DNA of 64,000 nucleotides from Giardia intestinalis (Eukaryota): NCBI GenBank assembly GCA_000002435.2, contig CM018789.1; one strand, 5' to 3'. Shown piece by piece: positions 59,701 to 64,000 of this stretch (position 1 is its first letter; each line of letters starts with the position of its first letter). The notes under the pieces were generated by a model. It saw only the letters and a program-made list of their open reading frames with translations, ran no database searches and was not told where the DNA came from. The position numbers and the translations under genes were made by a program.

Positions 59701-60073
59701 ACCGCAATTGGACTTTTCCAGTATTTGCAATAGCGGCATCGAAATAGACATTCTTCAGCCTATATTCTCAGGTCTCAATTCCCAATTTACACGATTTAGT
59801 AATATAGCAGGTAATAATAAGCTTCCTTTGTATGAAGGATTTCTCACTACCCATTTTGAAAACTTCTTTAATTTCCTACCTCGGCAAATTTTTGGAGAAG
59901 TTCCTACTTTCCAGCATTCTTCGTCATCGTTTAAATTTACAGCTCTTCAAGCTTCTATTAGGATGCTTAATTTACAATATGGCGATGAATTTTCCCAGTT
60001 TCTGATAAAAGAGATAAATGATACGTCTGGTAGTTCCTTATTGCATACCACGCTCTCTGGTTACTCTATATAG
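56789..60073 (+). CDS. Karyopherin-beta (importin/exportin) family protein, putative (1094 aa)
   Basis: The track start at 56741 is GTG, and the first ATG is at 56789. The N-terminus MSLTEQLLVTLLEQTLSNSQEMVSSATEQILL...VSSKIRSAAAIQFSNDI fits the importin-beta N-terminal domain pattern (L..L..TLS.d...r..AE.QL ... vR.aAai.fKN.i). The rest of the protein appears largely helical along its length. Confidence 0.5.
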   Translation: MSLTEQLLVTLLEQTLSNSQEMVSSATEQILLHRRNNDFLGISFLVSANPQVSSKIRSAAAIQFSNDIATKVQKLDGQMLVNISLKIVQTVVEAADSGALIVVRQMLESLKTILEFFYMSFNLHPTINPAVFAGDLYQLIFSLIDNSSVSKTDVCIQMVTILLTCMSSESLKDIYLKISVDFFDRCLNQLLQYLCSIEGEITNYVTPPFIEHVFACLNSFLTYSTVQSLTSLKSFSSMIGTVCQLLEKIGIGIAGPEVRNAKDYALQILIQLSITARLVGRCISPETEQSYLLVWNENEERIGKLLLGQFCLCPDYDLWEDHSSLDSLFRLSCRLIETNRGVPYNPKAYNLLVSNGKDIIQAIIAMLYNAGDLRLGQFEENDLLVIDCLKPCLDFLSSLTATSRELLELVNADMHMRLNSIINNDTAFLDTPEGQVNFFVGIILLRRGLSDDDTNYKGMVIFASLINYTKLNPIVFEELSKLIISITTEENSYISDFNEIDTEYTGDIEALLQKTVAQGIDAIKAGLDFKAQLVYILGCLYLLPTTSFFQCRMLSGIMARCVRHDLINRVNQRHLLLRSLELIATSQENSAAGGMVTFCRVAFPGLGPDVGAEVLSMFLRLPVIQNVFSNYNRMDPKLRKTAEMICETVNLVVTNVDTVSISLEECVCSFVVGFLQKDIRASQGCFQLLNCLLRKSSSLSSSSQNAYDYSYGPWRTDLIELLIHYLDSFYQTPGDFIFSNASHVEDMLAEALPYLIIQTQRFHMAYKNSVTQGTPEQQIEKLNEIYTPFFTLINKLLSPMNSAILLSVGCFILTRVMSLVALESNNVCLTVLQHSTQKLIELVSNLPTVCQGLMTHNLTPDLKRCMLVSISMAFFTLLQITDIHGMAENLLSTIAPHNLKIMIFISAWSIADNEGNPFIPLRAWMAHLVCCLSKIFVTLTQKDPTFLSVVVPNFAWAYSLCKMSHSPVVTAPQLDFSSICNSGIEIDILQPIFSGLNSQFTRFSNIAGNNKLPLYEGFLTTHFENFFNFLPRQIFGEVPTFQHSSSSFKFTALQASIRMLNLQYGDEFSQFLIKEINDTSGSSLLHTTLSGYSI

Positions 60074-60399
60074 CGTTTATGTTAAGATATTTCCCGTCTG
60101 AGATTAGCGTATGGACAGATCGACTGATTAGTTAATGCAAAAGATCCATTTTACCCATCGATTGCTTTTGATAATCTAGATTACTTGGTCCTCACCCATA
60201 GGTCTGGCCACAGTCAGCGAGTAAACCTGCTTTTCTGGGTCTGTGTGCCGGGCGTGTGCATCTCTTTTGTTATCTTTGCCTGTCTTGCTTCCTCTCGCCC
60301 GGTTACAGCAAGGCATCCAACAGCTGTGCAGCTAGCCCATTGTTTGCTGAGTGTTGCAGATCTCATGAAGAGACGTGTTCTATAGATGCAGACTAAGAG

Positions 60400-61541
60400 T
60401 ATTCTTCAAAAGTAGTCGTCACGGAAAATAAAACTGATGACGACTGTCGATTGCAGATTTTACCCCCTTATTCCAACAATAGCAGAGAACATCCTTGGTG
60501 TGCTGCGCCGCTGCGCCTGCCTAGATGCGGCCCGGAGAGCTCCCAGACAAGCCGCGCTCCTTTGGCCGTGCCCGGAGACGAGTGCTGGCCGCGGACGGCG
60601 CAGCAAGGGGATCCCCGCTATCGGCACACGAGGAGCCCGGCGCCTTCCTCGGTCGCTCCGTGGGTGTGTGCGTCCAGGGCCCTGGCCTTCTCGCGGACTC
60701 TCTGGTCTACCCGTGGCGCCTCTCCTTGGTCTTCCTTCGTGGTGGGTGAAGCTCGGGTCGCCGTCTTTTTGGATGCTTCCGTCTGTCAGGGGCTGCCATC
60801 GGGCTCTCCGCTGGCCGCTCCTCGGTGTCCGGTCAGCTGTGGCCCGGGCCGCGCTCCCACAGTCGCGGTCACCTGGGTCCCGTAGCGGGCCGGCTGGTTG
60901 GTGAGGCAGGGGTATGGGGCGGTGAGGGCTGGAGGAGCTCCTGGTGGAGACCGGGGGGCGGTGTCTGTATGTGCCCCTAAGCTTCCAGTGAGCTACTTCG
61001 GTGGTGGATGAGGTGATCGCAGTTGTGGCGGCCGGGCTCTGGTCGGGGGCTGTGTCTGCTCTCCAGCCCGCGCTGCACGAGACACAGGCCCAGGCACCGA
61101 TGACCGCACCGGGCTCCTGGTCGTCCCTCTGCAGGAGTAGAGGGGAGCCCCTGCCTGCTGTCACAACCACCCGCCCTCAGAGGGCCAGGATTGGGCGGGC
61201 TATCCGTGCGGCCTCTAAGTGCACAGCAGGCGGCCCAGCTCTGGTGCACCGCACAGGAGAGGATCTAGTGGCGGCTAACGATAGCGCAAGAACCCTAGCC
61301 CGGCCGCCCGCTTCCTGTCGAGGACACCGGGCGGAGAAGGCTGGGGCAGAGGGCGGCGGTCGCGCCACTCTCAGACGGCACGGGCCTCTTGGATCCGGGC
61401 AGCCGCGAGCTCGAGAACCAGTTGGCAAACACGGCACCCAGACGGCCGGCTGCTCCCCTGGCGCATACTACAGGGCAGAGCTGCGACGAGGCCTCGGAGG
61501 GCGGATGGATATTAGCCGACACATTTACTACCTAAGTACAT
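60400..61541. other. GC-rich island with no real ORFs in the 3' flank of VSP-4
   Basis: GC-rich, with overlapping short ORFs in all six frames (for example 60460..61170-, 60437..60904+) and no recognisable protein motif. It begins next to a perfect 8-bp inverted repeat AGTCGTCA(16 nt)TGACGACT at 60414-60445. Confidence 0.5.
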
Positions 61542-63131
61542 CTACGCTTTGCCTCTGCAGATGAACCACCAGCAGAGGAAGCCGACGAGCCCTCCGACGA
61601 CGACGATGGCTGCGACGGAGATGCCAGCGATGGCGCCCGTGGAGAGCCCGCTCTTGTTCGTGCTTCCGCCATTGTTAGCGCCGTCTGTTTTGATATAGCA
61701 GGTGACAGGGCCACCATTGCCACCAGTTGGAGGGGCACAGCTTACGCAATTAGGTATACCCTGAATGTTACCGCTTGTTTCAGAACACTTTTTACATCCT
61801 TTTCCAGCGTCAAGATAGTATCCGGGGAAGCACTCCGAACACTGCTGTGGAGAAGAACCTGCTGTACATTTTGAGCACCCGTCCGGACACGCTGGGCAGG
61901 AGCCTTGGTTATCTGCTGCTTGCCCATTGGCGCATGTTGTGCACTTTCCTTGCGAAGCTGTGGTGCATAGCTTGTCACCTGGGTACGTTGTCGACTGATA
62001 GCATCCGCCCGATTCCTTAAAGTACGCATCCTTACAAGAAGTGCACGTTCCATCCTGCCCCGGATTGCATCCTGCAATTGTCCTCTGAGTTATTGGCACA
62101 CAGACGCCGTCCACCGGGGCGAATCCGGCCTTGCACTTGCTGCAGTACTTCGAGCCCCCAACGACGGCCGTGCACTGGCCAGCCTCGCAGTTCTCTGCGT
62201 ACCTTCCCGTGCACTCTGGGATGCATGTGCCGGTGGCTCCACCGTTGCCCTTGCTCAGCACAGACCCGGGATAGCAGGCCGTACACGATGTGGCTTCTGC
62301 ATTACCATTGCACTCTGCACATGTGCTATGGCAGGAGGCACAGACACTAATGCCATCAGCACTACGGTCAGAATAGGTTCCAGCAGGGCACTTTTCTAAG
62401 CACGCGTTCCCCAGGGGGCTGAGCCACTTGATACCGCAATCTGAGCAAACAAGGGCCAGCTCTGTTTGTGCAGAGGAAGCCGTGGAGGAGCACTTTTTGC
62501 AGTCCGCGATGCCGTGTGTTGCGTCGCTGCATGAGAGGCACATCTTCTTCGAGCCATTAGAGTCCGTGACCTCCTTGGCGAAGTGCGTCTTATCAGATGT
62601 ACAGGCAGAGGCCGATACGCACACCCCCGAGCGGGCAGCAGCATTCGTCACCTTCAGATAGTTGTCTCCGCTGCAGCTAAGGCACTTATCGTCTTCACTC
62701 GTATTGGCGCCGCTGACGCACTCCTTGCAGCTGGAGTGGCACCCCGGCGTGGCGGCGGGGCAGGTGCCGTCTGCCTGTGGCTTTCCTGTGGCGCAGTCCG
62801 CGCACTTGTTTGCCTCGTTGCACCTTCTGCAGTTAGGGTCGGGGCAAACGAAGCATGCATTTCCTGCAGTATTAGGCTTTTCATTTTTACCGCAGGCCTT
62901 GCACACCAGGGCCGTGGGGTCGGTGCTGTCGGCGTAGTGGTCGTGGGCCCCCGTGCACTCGGCGTCCGTGACGCAGGCCCCGTCCTTCAGGTACTTCTTG
63001 TTGCTGGGGTCGTTGGGGTCGCATTTGGTGCATTTTTTCCCAGTTGAATCGCATTCAGCGCAACCATCGATCGATGGACTGCATGCATCAGCCAGTGCGA
63101 CTGCAAAAATCAAACCAATTCCTACCAACAT
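61542..63131 (-). CDS. Variant-specific surface protein (VSP-4), about 529 aa from ATG 63131
   Basis: The protein has CXXC and GGCY motifs and the tail NKSGLSTGAIAGISVAAIVVVGGLVGFLCWWFICRGKA*. The ORF continues to 63293 with in-frame ATGs at 63170 and 63131. ATG 63131 gives the signal peptide MLVGIGLIFAVALADA and lies in TCAATGTT (63134-63127), matching the other VSP start sites. Stop TAG at 61544-61542. Poly(A) signal AGTAAAT at 61529-61523 within the conserved ACTTAGGTAGTAAAT block. Confidence 0.88.
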   Translation of the reverse strand: MLVGIGLIFAVALADACSPSIDGCAECDSTGKKCTKCDPNDPSNKKYLKDGACVTDAECTGAHDHYADSTDPTALVCKACGKNEKPNTAGNACFVCPDPNCRRCNEANKCADCATGKPQADGTCPAATPGCHSSCKECVSGANTSEDDKCLSCSGDNYLKVTNAAARSGVCVSASACTSDKTHFAKEVTDSNGSKKMCLSCSDATHGIADCKKCSSTASSAQTELALVCSDCGIKWLSPLGNACLEKCPAGTYSDRSADGISVCASCHSTCAECNGNAEATSCTACYPGSVLSKGNGGATGTCIPECTGRYAENCEAGQCTAVVGGSKYCSKCKAGFAPVDGVCVPITQRTIAGCNPGQDGTCTSCKDAYFKESGGCYQSTTYPGDKLCTTASQGKCTTCANGQAADNQGSCPACPDGCSKCTAGSSPQQCSECFPGYYLDAGKGCKKCSETSGNIQGIPNCVSCAPPTGGNGGPVTCYIKTDGANNGGSTNKSGLSTGAIAGISVAAIVVVGGLVGFLCWWFICRGKA

Positions 63132-64000
63132 TGAGGCCAGGAGCTGGCACAGCACCGCTCTGGTTTGCATTAAGAGGCGCACGGGATCCTGCTTCATGTC
63201 ACGGAATTCAGTGGAGCACAGCGGCCAACGGAAGCGAGGGCACATCCTCAAGCTACACCGGAGACCCGTTAATGCAGCATCCGTCCTCAGCAAGCATGAC
63301 TGAGGAAGCCCAGCACTGGCTTTCCTTGCTGTGGGAAGGCATAAGTGTATACATAGACAATGAGTGCATCCATTGCTACATTAACCCAACTGGCGCTTGT
63401 GGCCCTTGACACCCATAGCTATCGTATCCTGCACCTGGCAGACTGCCCGAGTGACCATCGTGGGGGACACAGCGATCGTGATGCTCATGGAGTGGTACAG
63501 AGCTGAATATTAGAGATGGTATTGGTACATCCTGGTTCGTCCACTTCAACCAAGCGGTAGGTGATGCTCTGTACTTCCTAGTCGGAAGAGGTAGTCAGTT
63601 CTGACTTGAGACTCTCCAGCCTTTCGCGGTCCAAATTGCCAAGTTGCATCCTCTTTACTCAGACTTGAATAGTCTCTGAAAGAGTGACATTAAAGGTGGT
63701 GCTACCAAGCTCATTATCTATGCTTCATACAAATACCCTAGGGTAAGCATTAGGCTTTTACAGCAGGAGTAAGTGCAACGGTTTTCATCGGTCACGCTCT
63801 CTTCTAATTCTAACTGTGTAAAGATTGGTATTAATTAAAAGAGCTGTTGAGGGAAACTTTATTATCCTAAAGGGATAAGGAACTACACAAAATGAAGCAC
63901 TCTATTAGAGCAGAAATGCTCGACTATAAAAAGAAGTACATCGATAATAGATTGAGGTTCTCACCATTGACATTTTTCCCCTGTGCATAAGCACTCGCTG

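Noticed and set aside
63294-64000. Possible gene in the last 700 bp (ATG at about 63892)
   Set aside because: The reading frame closes after about 33 codons, and nothing recognisable is present. It is probably intergenic or the 5' flank of a gene beyond the window.

Overview
This window is nuclear DNA from the diplomonad Giardia (intestinalis/lamblia-type). Four intact genes encode cysteine-rich surface proteins ending in the Giardia variant-specific surface protein (VSP) tail ...GLVGFLCWWFICRGKA*. Genes end in AGTRAAY polyadenylation signals. There are no introns, and the housekeeping genes are packed very tightly, with divergent gene pairs 18-56 bp apart and convergent pairs 9-27 bp apart.

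The window has two very different kinds of DNA.

(a) Three VSP neighbourhoods:
- 6.3-21.0 kb holds three intact VSP genes and one truncated VSP fragment. Two of the VSPs are convergent and their sequences are identical. They lie inside a 9-kb perfect inverted repeat: 3,033-bp arms at 7858-10890 and 13873-16905, around a 2.98-kb unique spacer.
- 60.4-63.2 kb holds a fourth VSP.
- All of these VSPs are flanked by GC-rich islands (about 65-73% GC) with no real ORFs. This contrasts with about 47% GC in the gene-dense core.

(b) A compact housekeeping block (21.2-60.1 kb, more than 90% coding) encodes:
- Prp8 (5' end cut by the window edge) and the DNA primase small subunit;
- a bacterial-type methionyl-tRNA synthetase and a cytosolic leucyl-tRNA synthetase;
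- the RNA polymerase II largest subunit, which lacks a heptad CTD;
- a DHHC palmitoyltransferase;
- three tandem ankyrin-repeat ('Protein 21.1'-like) genes;
- a prokaryote-type superoxide reductase;
- a ceramide-glucosyltransferase-like GT2/GT21 membrane enzyme;
- a B-box protein and a karyopherin-beta-like protein;
- several coiled-coil or hypothetical proteins.

The ORF track uses GTG/TTG as well as ATG starts, so several gene starts were moved to the first plausible ATG. No rRNA, tRNA, transposon or CRISPR was found.

The most unusual feature is the palindromic VSP locus with its decaying-homology edges and GC-rich flanks. It could be a built-in source of VSP double-stranded RNA and/or a gene-conversion hotspot.
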